Positions 19,072 through 28,465 of a DNA stretch of 64,000 nt are shown here, piece after piece; the stretch's first letter is position 1, and every line of letters starts with the position of its first letter. The notes beneath the pieces are model-generated. The model was given only the letters and a program-made list of their open reading frames with translations, did not search any database and was not told the origin of the DNA. The position numbers were made by a program, and so were the translations under genes. The DNA comes from Vicinamibacterales bacterium (lineage in GTDB: Bacteria; Acidobacteriota; Vicinamibacteria; Vicinamibacterales; CAZQMT01). The stretch spans positions 1,809,185 through 1,873,184 of the forward strand of contig CBDAOD010000002.1 in the NCBI GenBank assembly GCA_965197935.1. The letters are read 5' to 3'.

Positions 19072-21510
19072 ATGCGACAACGGCTGCTGGTCGCGTCGAT
19101 TGCGTTGCTGCTGTCGGGCATCCCGCCGACCGGCGCGCAGTCGGGATCCGCCCTGGTCCGGGCGAAGCGCATCTACACCGTGACAGCCGGCATCCTCGAC
19201 AATGCCGAGATCCTCGTCGAGGGTGGCAAGATCGCCGAGATCGGCCAGCGCGTCAGGCATCCACCGGGGGTGGAGGTCCACGACGCGGAGGTCGTGATCC
19301 CGGGGATGATCGACGCCCACACCCACATGGCGCTCGATCGCAGCACCCGCGGGCCCGGGCCGGTATCGGCCGAGTGGAAGGCCGTCGATCACTTCGATCC
19401 GGCCGATCCGATGATCCCCGTGGCGCTCTCCGGCGGCCTGACCAGCGTCATCACGCGACCCGGCAGCGGAATCGTGAGCAGCGGCCAGGCCGTCGCGATC
19501 AAGCTGCGGAGCGATCCCGCCCGCGACATGGTCCTCAAGCCGTTCGTGGATCTCAAGATGGCGGTGCGCCCACTGATCAAGCTGCGTCCAGGTGAAACGC
19601 CCGCGACGGTAATGGGGTGGTACGCCACGGCGCATCGCTACTTCACCGAGGCGAGAGCCTATCTCGAGGAGCGGGACGCCGCCCGGCGCGGGGAGCGCTC
19701 CACGGCGCCGGAGGTCGACGAGCGGCTGGAGGCGTTCGCGGCGGTGCTCCGGGGCGACGCCATGCTCCACGCCCATGCGCACTACCCCTCGGAGATCATG
19801 ATGGTGCTGCGCCTCGCCCGTGAGTTCGGGTTCGCCGACCGCCTGGCGCTCAGCCACGCGAGCGAGGCGTTTCCGATCGCCGACGTGCTGGCCTCGACCA
19901 ACGTGATCCCCGTCGTCGGCCCCGTGATGATCGTTCGCTTCCTCGGGGACGCGCGGTCGCACAACGTGGTCAAGGAGCTGATGGACGCGGGTCTGCGCGC
20001 GAGCATCCAGACCGACCAGTCTCGGGAGCAGCTCAAGGGCTTCCGCGAGTACGGCGCCTTCCTCGTGCGCCACGGCCTCAGCGAGGCCCAGGCGCTGGAG
20101 GCCATGACGATCAACGGCGCCCGGGCGATGATGCTGGACCATCGGATCGGGAGCATCGAGGTCGGCAAGGATGCCGACCTCGTCCTCATGGACGGTCCGC
20201 CGCTCGATCTCCATGCCGAGCGCATCGTGAAGGTGTTCGTCGACGGTGCGCTCGAGTACGCGCGCGCGCGCGTCCGGCAGCTCGCAACGCCGACCCCGGT
20301 CGGACCCTTCACACCGATCCGCGGTCTGCAGCAGATACGCGACCGGAGCTTCGCGATCACGAACGCGCACATCTTCACCGTTGGCGGGGACACGATCACG
20401 CGCGGGACGATCGTGGTGCGGGGCGGGCGTATCGCGGACGTGCGCGCGGGTGAGCACCGTGTCGACGATCTCCCCGTCGTGGATATCGGGGGGCGGGTCG
20501 TGCTGCCCGGCTGGGTCACGGCGCGCGCGTTTCCGAACACCTGGATCGGAGACATCAAGTGGCAGGTGCAGAACGACGAGGACACCGAGCCCATCGTTCC
20601 GGAAATGAACGCGCGCTTCGGCATCGATCCGTGGCTGCCGTCATTCCCGGTCATGCGGGAGATCGGCATCACGTCTCAGCACGTCACGCCGGGCCATCTG
20701 AATCTAATCGGCGGCCGGGGCGTGGTGATCAAGACATCGGGAATGGACATCGACCGGATGGTGCGTCGAGAGCCGAGCGCGCTGGTGTTCTCGCTGGCGG
20801 AGACCTCCGTGCGCTTCTGGGCCCGTGGCTCGCGGATCCCCGTCACGCTCGCCTCGGCGGTCGCGTCGATCCGCGACACCCTCGAGGCGGCGCGGCGTTA
20901 CCTGGCGCGTGAGGACGCGCCGTACGATCCGCGGCTGGAGGCGCTCCGTCCGGCGCTGGATCGACGGATCCCGGTCGTCGTGCACGCCAATCGGGTCGAG
21001 GAGATTCGGGCGGCGTTGCAGCTCGCCGAGACGTTCGATCTGCGGTTGATCGTCAGTGGCGGCGTCGAAGCGCACACCCTGGCCGCCGATCTTGCCCGCC
21101 GGGGAGTGCCCGTGATCCTCGGGGATTCCTCCACCGCGCTCGAGGCGATCCGGGGCGGTGGCCGCGGCTACAGCGACGAGGCCCCCCGGATCCTCAGCCA
21201 GGCCGGGGTTGCCGTCTCCTTCTTCGGCGCCAGCGGATCGCGTCGGGGCATGCCGACCGGCCGCCTCGGTGGGGAACCCGCGCTGAACGCCGCCTGGGTG
21301 TTTCGCAACGGCGTGCCGGAGGCGGAGGCGATACGGATGTTCACGTTGCACCCGGCGGAGATGCTCGACCTCGCCGACGAGATCGGTAGCATCGAGGTCG
21401 GCAAGGCGGCGGACCTCCAGGTGCTCGAGGGGCATCCGTTCGACTATCGGGCGCTCCCGCAGCTCGTGTTCATCGACGGCGAGCTGGTGGTCGGCCGCCC
21501 AGGAAGGTGA
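19072..21510 (+). CDS. secreted tandem amidohydrolase-domain protein (second domain degenerate)
   Basis: Signal peptide. The first module has PGMIDAHTHMAL. The second module repeats the beta-sandwich entry (ITNAHIFT...GRIADV...VLPGWVTARAF) but lacks HxH. 812 aa. Confidence 0.7.
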   Translation: MRQRLLVASIALLLSGIPPTGAQSGSALVRAKRIYTVTAGILDNAEILVEGGKIAEIGQRVRHPPGVEVHDAEVVIPGMIDAHTHMALDRSTRGPGPVSAEWKAVDHFDPADPMIPVALSGGLTSVITRPGSGIVSSGQAVAIKLRSDPARDMVLKPFVDLKMAVRPLIKLRPGETPATVMGWYATAHRYFTEARAYLEERDAARRGERSTAPEVDERLEAFAAVLRGDAMLHAHAHYPSEIMMVLRLAREFGFADRLALSHASEAFPIADVLASTNVIPVVGPVMIVRFLGDARSHNVVKELMDAGLRASIQTDQSREQLKGFREYGAFLVRHGLSEAQALEAMTINGARAMMLDHRIGSIEVGKDADLVLMDGPPLDLHAERIVKVFVDGALEYARARVRQLATPTPVGPFTPIRGLQQIRDRSFAITNAHIFTVGGDTITRGTIVVRGGRIADVRAGEHRVDDLPVVDIGGRVVLPGWVTARAFPNTWIGDIKWQVQNDEDTEPIVPEMNARFGIDPWLPSFPVMREIGITSQHVTPGHLNLIGGRGVVIKTSGMDIDRMVRREPSALVFSLAETSVRFWARGSRIPVTLASAVASIRDTLEAARRYLAREDAPYDPRLEALRPALDRRIPVVVHANRVEEIRAALQLAETFDLRLIVSGGVEAHTLAADLARRGVPVILGDSSTALEAIRGGGRGYSDEAPRILSQAGVAVSFFGASGSRRGMPTGRLGGEPALNAAWVFRNGVPEAEAIRMFTLHPAEMLDLADEIGSIEVGKAADLQVLEGHPFDYRALPQLVFIDGELVVGRPGR

Positions 21511-21589
21511 GTACCGGGCATGACCAAACGGCCCCGGCAGTCGAGACCGCGGGCGGGGCCCTGGCGCCGCCGGGCGGTCCGGCACGCTA

Positions 21590-22726
21590 GTGTAGTGCCC
21601 TGAAATACATTTACATATCAACGACCTGCGTGCAATATAGGCGGGATGAATGATGCCGCCGCCGCTCTGTCCATGGCCGCGAAGGATCGGCGACTCCTGG
21701 AACAGTGGGCCCGTAGTACGTCGGCCCCGCATCGGGTAGTCATCCGCGCGAAGGCGTTGTTGCTGGCGACCGAGGGGGGTTCCAACAGCCGCATTGCCGC
21801 GACCGTGGACGTCAGCCGGCCGACCGTGCTGGCTTGGCGCGACCGGTTTGGAGAGGAGGGCGTTGATTCGGTGTTCGAGATGCGTGAGGGGCGCGGGCGC
21901 AAACCGACGATCAGTGCGCGCAGGGTCAAAGCCATCGTCCACGCAACGTTGCACCGCACGCCACCGGGGGCGACCCCCTGGAGTTGTCGCACGATGGCGA
22001 AGGCGCAGGGGGTCAGTCGCTCGACCGTGCAGCGGATCTGGGACGCGCATGGCCTCCAGCCCCATCGAGTGGAGACGTTCAAGCTGTCGACCGATCCCGC
22101 GTTCGTGGAGAAGCTGACGGACGTCGTGGGGCTGTACATGAATCCGCCCGAGAAGGCCGTCGTGCTGTGTGTGGACGAGAAGAGTCACATTCAGGCGCTG
22201 GACCGGACGCAGCCCGGGCTGCCGATGAAGAAGGGCCGCTGTGGGACACTCACGCATGACTACAAGCGCCACGGGACAACGACCTTGTTCGCCGCGCTGA
22301 AGCATGCTGACCGGGCAGGTCATCGGCGAGTGCCACGGCCGGCATCGGCATCAGGAATTCCTGAAGTTTCTTCGCCAACTCCACCGCGCGTTCCCCTCTC
22401 GCCTCGACCTCCACCTCATTCTGGACAACTACGGCACGCATAAACATCCGACCGTGCGGGCCTGGCTGGCGGCCCATCCGCGCTTCACGCTCCACTTCAC
22501 CCCTACCGGCGCATCGTGGCTCAACCTCGTCGAGAGTTGGTTCAGCCAGCTCACGCAGAAACGCATCCGCCGCGGGGTGTTTTGCAGTGTCGACGAACTC
22601 GTCGCCGCCATCAACGATTACCTCCAGCGCTACAACGACAACCCCCAACCCTTTGTCTGGACCGCGACGGTCGATACGATTCTAGAGAAGGTTGGGAAGT
22701 GCAAAGTTATTCTTGGGACACACCAC
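21590..22726 (+). mobile_element. IS630-family insertion sequence, copy 1 (defective)
   Basis: Ends GTGTAGTGCCC... and ...GGGACACACCAC are imperfect inverted repeats, flanked by TA (21588-89) and TA (22727-28). Paralogous to the element at 37611-38747. Confidence 0.75.
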
Positions 22727-22729
22727 TAG
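21646..22729 (+). pseudogene. IS630-family DDE transposase, frameshifted
   Basis: Two ORFs (21646-22443 and 22304-22729) together align with the intact 360-aa copy at 37668-38750. The frame breaks at about 22295-22310 (AALK|HADRAG versus AALSMLDGTVIGECH). Confidence 0.85.
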
Positions 22730-22880
22730 TGCACCGCCGTCGAGATGCCGCGGCCGGCCCGAGCAAGGCGCGGGAAGGAAGAATACCGGGAGTAACCGGG
22801 CGTATTTGACCCGTCGTGAACAATGCCCAACGCAGCCCGCAGCGGGATGCAGCGCCGGCAAGGGGCGAGGAGCGAGAAAG
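22729..22880. repeat. diverged copy of the interior of the 160-bp MITE family
   Basis: Shares GCAAGGCGCGrGGA..AAGAATACCGGGAGTA...TATTTGACC...AACGCAGCC...GGGATGCAGCGCCGG with 26030-26100. The unit starts to repeat again at 22860. Confidence 0.55.
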
Positions 22881-22882
22881 AC

Positions 22883-23758
22883 TCAGACCGGCCGGCGCTG
22901 GCGGAGGTTCTGGAAGATCGCGCGCGCCGACGGCGAGCGATTCAGGGTGTAGAAGTGGATGCCCGGCGCGCCCCCGTCGAGGAGCTCGACGCACTGACGC
23001 GTCGCATGCTCGATCCCGATCTCTCTCACCGCCGGCGCGTCGGTGCGCACCGCGTCCAGCCGCTCACGGAGGCCATCGGGAATCGACGCTCCACACATCG
23101 AGGTGAACCGCTCGAGCTGGTCGACGTTGGTGACCGGCATGATCCCGGGGACGATCGGCAGATCGATGCCGACGGCCCTGGCGCGCTCGACGAATCTGAA
23201 GTAGAGGGCCGAATCGAAGAACAGCTGGGTGACGAGGAACTCCGCCCCCGCGGCCACCTTCAGCTTCAGGTGCTCGAGGTCGCGGTCGAGGTCAGGGGTC
23301 TCCACGTGGCCTTCGGGATAGCAGGCCCCGCCGAGACAGAACGTGTAGCCGTCGCGCACGAACGCCGTGAGCTCGGACGCATATCCGAATCCGCCCGGCG
23401 TGCGCTCGAACGTGGTCTGGCCCTTGGGCGGATCGCCGCGCAGACACAGGACGTTCTCGATACCCTCTTCCGCCAGGCGAGCGAGGACGCGCGCGATCTC
23501 GTCGCGCGTCGACCCCACGCAGGTCAGGTGGGCCATGGCCTCGATGCCGAGATCTCGGCGTATGCTGCTGACGAGCTGCACGGTACGGTCTCGTGTCGAC
23601 CCGCCCGCTCCGTAGGTGACCGACACGAACGACGGCTTCAGGGGACGGAGCTTCTCCAGGGCGCTGGCGAGCTGGGTTTCGGCCTCAGCCGAGCGGGGGG
23701 GGAAGAACTCGAAGCTGATGACGGGCTCGCCCTGTTCGAAGAGATCACGGATCTTCAT
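22883..23758 (-). CDS. metF: 5,10-methylenetetrahydrofolate reductase
   Basis: FSFEFFPP, VTYGAGGSTR, HLTC and LCLRGDPP motifs. 291 aa. Confidence 0.92.
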   Translation of the reverse strand: MKIRDLFEQGEPVISFEFFPPRSAEAETQLASALEKLRPLKPSFVSVTYGAGGSTRDRTVQLVSSIRRDLGIEAMAHLTCVGSTRDEIARVLARLAEEGIENVLCLRGDPPKGQTTFERTPGGFGYASELTAFVRDGYTFCLGGACYPEGHVETPDLDRDLEHLKLKVAAGAEFLVTQLFFDSALYFRFVERARAVGIDLPIVPGIMPVTNVDQLERFTSMCGASIPDGLRERLDAVRTDAPAVREIGIEHATRQCVELLDGGAPGIHFYTLNRSPSARAIFQNLRQRRPV

Positions 23759-24046
23759 TCCACCTCGTCGATTCGATCACGGTGTGGATCATTGAACCAC
23801 GATTCCGACCAGGGGAGCCAGCCTGCGCAACGAAGCCGGTCGAGGTCACCTAACAGAAAAGGCCGCCGCTCGGCAACCCGGACGGCGCCGTGTCCGCGAC
23901 GCCCAGTGGATCCGATAGTGCGAGAGAGGACTGGTCGTGTGCCCGCCGTTTGGTAAGCTGGGTGAGAAAACGATGGTGTGCGACCTGGCATCGTCGCACG
24001 CAGGATCCATCGCCGAGAGGCCGGGCAGGCTGACGCCCGACGGACG

Positions 24047-25663
24047 ATGAGACCACTTCACTACGTTCTGGCGATCGCCATGCTCACGGGTTGTGCCTCT
24101 GATGGGGGGGAGCCTCCGCCCCCGCCTGCGCCGGTCTCCGCTCCGGAGGCGCCCCCGATCCAGGCGCCCGTGGAGCCGCCGACCTGGAATCTGACGCTCA
24201 CGGTCACGGACCGTGCCGGGCGTCCCGTGCCGCGAGCCGAGGTCGTCCTCGAGGACGGGAGTGGGGAGGCCGACCTCCGTCTCACGGACGGGAACGGGTT
24301 CGGTCACTTTCCGACGTTCCAGGGGGAGCGCCAGATCACCGTGCGGGCCGACGGCTACATGGAGCTCGTGCATCGGATACTGATCCTGGACGACGCGCAC
24401 CTCGATGTGGCGCTCGAGCGTCGCCGCCAACCCGCCCGTCGCGGCCGTGTCAGGTTGGCGGGCCGCCTGATGTCGGACGACGACGGGCCGCTGCTGGCCG
24501 TCGGGGCGTCGCTGTTCTGGGCCGCGTGGGCCTACGAGCACGATCGACCCCGCCTCGAGCGCAACCTCGAGTGGCTGGCCGGGTACGGCTTCGACTACGT
24601 CCGGGCGGTCGGGATGGTCGGACGACAGCCGTTCTGGGCCGGTCGCGAGATCCGCCCCTCCGCCCTCGACTACTGGCAAACGATCGAGGGAGTGACCGAC
24701 CTTGCCTACGACCGGTACGGCCTCCGGGTGCAGTGGGTGATCTTCGCGGACGCGCAGGTCATGATGCCGGACGAGACCGAGCGAGTCACGTGGGTCGACC
24801 GTTGGGCGGAGTTCGCCAATCGTCGGCCGAACAAGATCTTGTTCCTCGAGCTGGCCAACGAGTTCTGGCAGAACGGCTTGAACGCGCGTGAGCTGGTGGA
24901 CCTGACCGCGCGCCTCGGATCGCAGACCGAGGTTCTCGTGGCGGCATCGGCTCCGGCCGGCCCGGACTGCTCGAGCTGGCAGGCCGTGTATCGCGGCGGG
25001 CAGGCCGACCTCGCGACCATCCATTTCGACCGCGGCGACGAAGCCACCGAGGGCAAGTGGCGCCCCGTGCACCTGCCGTGGGAGTTCGGATCGTGCCAGG
25101 GGATGCCGCAGACGGCCTCGAACAACGAGCCGATCGGGCCGCACAGCTCGGTCGTGTCCGACGACGACCCGGTGCGCATCGTGAGCTCGGCCGTCCTGAC
25201 CTTCGTCAGCCAGCTCGCGGCCTACGTCTACCACAGCCGCGCGGGTGTCCGGGGCGACTTGAACCTGTGGGACGAGGAGCGTGCCGACGAGATCGCCACG
25301 GGTCTGCAGGCGCTCAAGCACTATCTGCCTGCCGATGTCCCGAACTGGGATCGGCAGGATCATCGCTCGCCCCGGCACCCCTTCGCCCCGAGCCTCGACG
25401 ACCAGATCTGGACGGACGGACGCCCCGAGGGCATCGTGCGAGCGTACGGCAGCGTGTCCGGTAACGAGTTCGTCGTCGTGCCGATCGGGATCCGAGGAGA
25501 GGTGCGGTTGGTACCGCAGCGCGCGATGGTCCTGGATCTGATCGAGCCTGCCACCGGCGTCACGCGGGAGCATCGCGAGCTCGAGGCCGGTGAGGTGCTC
25601 GTGCTCCGGGACGAGATGCGGGCCGTCGTCATCAAGGGGCGGTTCCTCGAGACGGCCTCCTGA
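24047..25663 (+). CDS. lipoprotein with carboxypeptidase-regulatory-like domain and clan GH-A (GH5-like) glycoside hydrolase domain
   Basis: Lipobox LTGC. TLTVTDRAGRPVPRAEVVLEDG beta-sandwich. LELANEFW acid/base-like NE motif and a later SNNEP. Start moved to ATG 24047. Confidence 0.55.
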   Translation: MRPLHYVLAIAMLTGCASDGGEPPPPPAPVSAPEAPPIQAPVEPPTWNLTLTVTDRAGRPVPRAEVVLEDGSGEADLRLTDGNGFGHFPTFQGERQITVRADGYMELVHRILILDDAHLDVALERRRQPARRGRVRLAGRLMSDDDGPLLAVGASLFWAAWAYEHDRPRLERNLEWLAGYGFDYVRAVGMVGRQPFWAGREIRPSALDYWQTIEGVTDLAYDRYGLRVQWVIFADAQVMMPDETERVTWVDRWAEFANRRPNKILFLELANEFWQNGLNARELVDLTARLGSQTEVLVAASAPAGPDCSSWQAVYRGGQADLATIHFDRGDEATEGKWRPVHLPWEFGSCQGMPQTASNNEPIGPHSSVVSDDDPVRIVSSAVLTFVSQLAAYVYHSRAGVRGDLNLWDEERADEIATGLQALKHYLPADVPNWDRQDHRSPRHPFAPSLDDQIWTDGRPEGIVRAYGSVSGNEFVVVPIGIRGEVRLVPQRAMVLDLIEPATGVTREHRELEAGEVLVLRDEMRAVVIKGRFLETAS

Positions 25664-25755
25664 GCGCGATCGACCGCACCCTCCCGACGGGTATAGCTCG
25701 ACGACCGACGTACCGATACATCCCTACACGGGCGCGGTTACAGCGAGGAGGCACC

Positions 25756-25971
25756 ATGAACGAGAGATCTGGTGCGGACGGCTTGAGGGATGTGTGCGGG
25801 TGGGGTCTGCTGGCCCTGGCGCTTCTCGTCGCCTTCGATTTCGCAGGGAAGGCGGCTGCCAGCCAAGGAGTGGGGGACGCGACGGCGACCGGAGCATTCG
25901 GTGACAACCTGGTGTTCCCGGTGTTGGTCGCGCTGGCGGCGTTGGTGGGTGGGCGGCTGAGCCGAAACTAG
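25756..25971 (+). CDS. small secreted/membrane-anchored hypothetical protein
   Basis: Strong RBS GAGGAGG 5 nt upstream. N-terminal signal-like helix and a C-terminal hydrophobic helix with a basic tail. The stop codon overlaps the TA target of the adjacent MITE. Confidence 0.4.
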   Translation: MNERSGADGLRDVCGWGLLALALLVAFDFAGKAAASQGVGDATATGAFGDNLVFPVLVALAALVGGRLSRN

Positions 25972-26130
25972 CAGCCCGTGGCGAGAGTCCTGCGTTGCAC
26001 CAAGGCCGGCGCTACGCCCGGCTGGCAAGGCGCGAGGAGCAAGAATACCGGGAGTATTTGACCGACGAGCAACGCAGCCAGGCGGGATGCAGCGCCGGTC
26101 GACTGCAGCAGGACTTTTGCCAAGGGCTGC
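25971..26130. mobile_element. 160-bp MITE with 24-bp terminal inverted repeats, flanked by TA
   Basis: Left end GCAGCCCGTGGCGAGAGTCCTGC versus the reverse complement of the right end GCAGCCCTTGGCAAAAGTCCTGC (21/24 identical). TA at 25969-70 and 26131-32. No coding capacity. Confidence 0.75.
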
Positions 26131-26232
26131 TAGCCCCGCGCTCGCCCGGCGCCGGCGCTTCGGAAGTCGCCGCCACCGTCACCCGGATCGGCCAAGAGAT
26201 TGGCGGTCGAGGCGGCCGGTTGTCCATCATCG

Positions 26233-27705
26233 TCATCTAGCTGATTCCGCGTTACTTCCGACGCCCGACGTCTCTCGCTCGATCAAGGGGTTGGCCGGTC
26301 TCCATCGCCATTGGATCGTGACGGGCCCGTGAGCAGGAGGGCGACGGCCCTCGCCTGGCTGGATCGGGTCTTGCGTGCCCATCGTCGTGGCCAGCCGCCG
26401 CGGGTAGAGGATCTCGAGGGGACGCGTGTCGGGGACATGCGCGAAGAATGGTAAGGCCGCGCGCGCCGTCGTCAACGCCCGGGACAGGTGGACCATCTCT
26501 CCGACCGCCTGTAGCGACGACAGCCCGAGCAGGGTCAGCAGCACGGTCACGCCGCCGGACCAAGCCGCCAGGACGCGAGGCGATGCCGGTTCTGCCGATG
26601 GCGACGGACGCACCCATGCCAGCGCGGCCAGCCACGTGAGCGAAACGGGGAGGGCGAGGGCGTAGGTCGCGTAGCGCGAAGGTAGCGCCTGCAAGGTGCC
26701 TGACGCCGATCGGAGCATCGCCCCTGCGGCCGCGTGTGCGAGCGCGTAGCCGCCGACCACCAACCAGGGAAGCGCGGCCCGGAGGTTGTCGGCCGTCCGG
26801 CAGACCCGCAGCGTCGCGGCCAGATAGGCCGAGAAGAGGAGGCCGCCGACGACCGGCGCGACCGTCACCGGGTCGAACGCCGTGCCGCGGGCGAACGGCG
26901 CTCCCAAGAACGTGAAGAAATACAGGCCGAATCGTGCCGGGCTCGAGAACGGCGTCACGGCCGCCGGATGGCCCTCGACCGTCGTGTAGCCGGTGAAGAA
27001 GAACCAGGCGGTGACGCCAGCGGTTACCGCCCAGATGGCGAGACCGCCGCCGCGCCGGTCTTGCCGCGCAGGATCGGGCGGGTACCAGAGGGCCGGCGCG
27101 CCGAGTACCCAGATCACGAAGCCGTTGGGAACCGAGAAGGACGCGAGGGCGGCGAGGCTCGCGCCCACGCCCCAGCGTAGCCACCACGCCCCGCCGGCGC
27201 CCGCGAGCACGAGCACGCCGGCCAGGCAGACCCCCGGAACGAAGGCGATGTGCTGGAGCGCCATCATCCAGTTGTCATCCTGGGTGGGGCTGAACAGCAG
27301 GAGCGAGGTGACGGCCAGGGCCAGCCACCAGGCCGGCCGGTGTCGCCCGACTCGCGCCGCACCGACCCACGCCAGCAGCGCCAGCGTGATCGCCGCCAGC
27401 GCGGGCGCCACGAGCGACTGGTATCGCAGGTTCCAGTCGGCGACGGCGGCGAAGGTCAGGATGACGAGCCGCCCCACGGCGACCCGGCTCTCGTTGCATT
27501 GAGAGAAGAAGTCGGCTGCGGCCAGCTCGCCACGCGCGGCCTTGGCGAGGAACCCCGTGTACTCCCACTCGTCCCAGTGCGGCACGTCGACCGAGAGCGT
27601 CCAGACGAGATACGTCAGGACGGCCGGTGCGGCAATGGTGACGCCCAGGGCGGCGAGCGTGTCGATGCGGCGTCGAGCGTCGGCGCGTGCCGTGGTGTCC
27701 GTCAC
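26233..27705 (-). CDS. polytopic membrane protein, possible GT-C-type glycosyltransferase
   Basis: 490 aa with more than 10 TM helices and an early DxxHWDEWEY loop. No firm family assignment. Confidence 0.45.
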   Translation of the reverse strand: MTDTTARADARRRIDTLAALGVTIAAPAVLTYLVWTLSVDVPHWDEWEYTGFLAKAARGELAAADFFSQCNESRVAVGRLVILTFAAVADWNLRYQSLVAPALAAITLALLAWVGAARVGRHRPAWWLALAVTSLLLFSPTQDDNWMMALQHIAFVPGVCLAGVLVLAGAGGAWWLRWGVGASLAALASFSVPNGFVIWVLGAPALWYPPDPARQDRRGGGLAIWAVTAGVTAWFFFTGYTTVEGHPAAVTPFSSPARFGLYFFTFLGAPFARGTAFDPVTVAPVVGGLLFSAYLAATLRVCRTADNLRAALPWLVVGGYALAHAAAGAMLRSASGTLQALPSRYATYALALPVSLTWLAALAWVRPSPSAEPASPRVLAAWSGGVTVLLTLLGLSSLQAVGEMVHLSRALTTARAALPFFAHVPDTRPLEILYPRRLATTMGTQDPIQPGEGRRPPAHGPVTIQWRWRPANPLIERETSGVGSNAESAR

Positions 27706-27781
27706 CCGGCGCTCCGTGACGAAGGCCCCGCGTCACCGGCGCGCCGCCGTGCGCCGGCGCCGATCCACGGCAGCGGGGTGC

Positions 27782-28390
27782 TCAACATGGGCGGTCCGGG
27801 TCGAGGCGCTTGGTGAAATAGACCATCGGCTCCCCGAACACCTGAAGCCGCTGCGCCAGGACGAATCCCGCGCGCGCGTAGAAGTCCTGGGCGTGAACCA
27901 GCTGGCTGCGTACGGCGACCTGATAGCTACGATGTCCACGCGCGACGAGCTCGGTCTCGAGCGCGCGCACGAGCGCCGCCCCGATGCCCGACCGCTGCCG
28001 CGCGGGATCGACCGCCAGCAGCAGCAGCTCGGCTTCGATCGCGCCGTGCGGTCCCTGCTCGAACGGGAACCTGGACACCGGTCCCACCAGGGCCGGCCGT
28101 CGCAGGAGGGCCGCGAGGAGGGAGGGCAGCACCCGCCATCGCAGGTGCGCGTTGAACCTGGCCGAGTGGGTGGTGCCGAGCGCGAACCCGGCCACGCCCG
28201 ACGTCTCGTCGACCGCCACGAGGGCCAGGGTCGTGTCGTGCGACAGGGCGACCCGATGAAAGCGATCGAGAAACCGTGCCCCTAGCCGCGCCAGAAACGA
28301 CACACCAAGGGTGGCCACCTGGAGGGTGATGATCGCGGGCAGGTCCTCCGGCTGCGTGGGTCGGACGACGATGTGCGGGTCGTGGTTCAT
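27782..28390 (-). CDS. GNAT-family N-acetyltransferase
   Basis: The acetyl-CoA motif Q/RxxGxG/A is present as RQRSGIGAALV. 202 aa from ATG 28390. The tracked upstream extension is low-complexity. Confidence 0.8.
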   Translation of the reverse strand: MNHDPHIVVRPTQPEDLPAIITLQVATLGVSFLARLGARFLDRFHRVALSHDTTLALVAVDETSGVAGFALGTTHSARFNAHLRWRVLPSLLAALLRRPALVGPVSRFPFEQGPHGAIEAELLLLAVDPARQRSGIGAALVRALETELVARGHRSYQVAVRSQLVHAQDFYARAGFVLAQRLQVFGEPMVYFTKRLDPDRPC

Positions 28391-28465
28391 GCGTTGATGG
28401 CCCCGCCAGAGTGTAACCGAGCCGCACCCTGACGACCCACCTTCACGCAGGTCTCGGTCGGGTGT

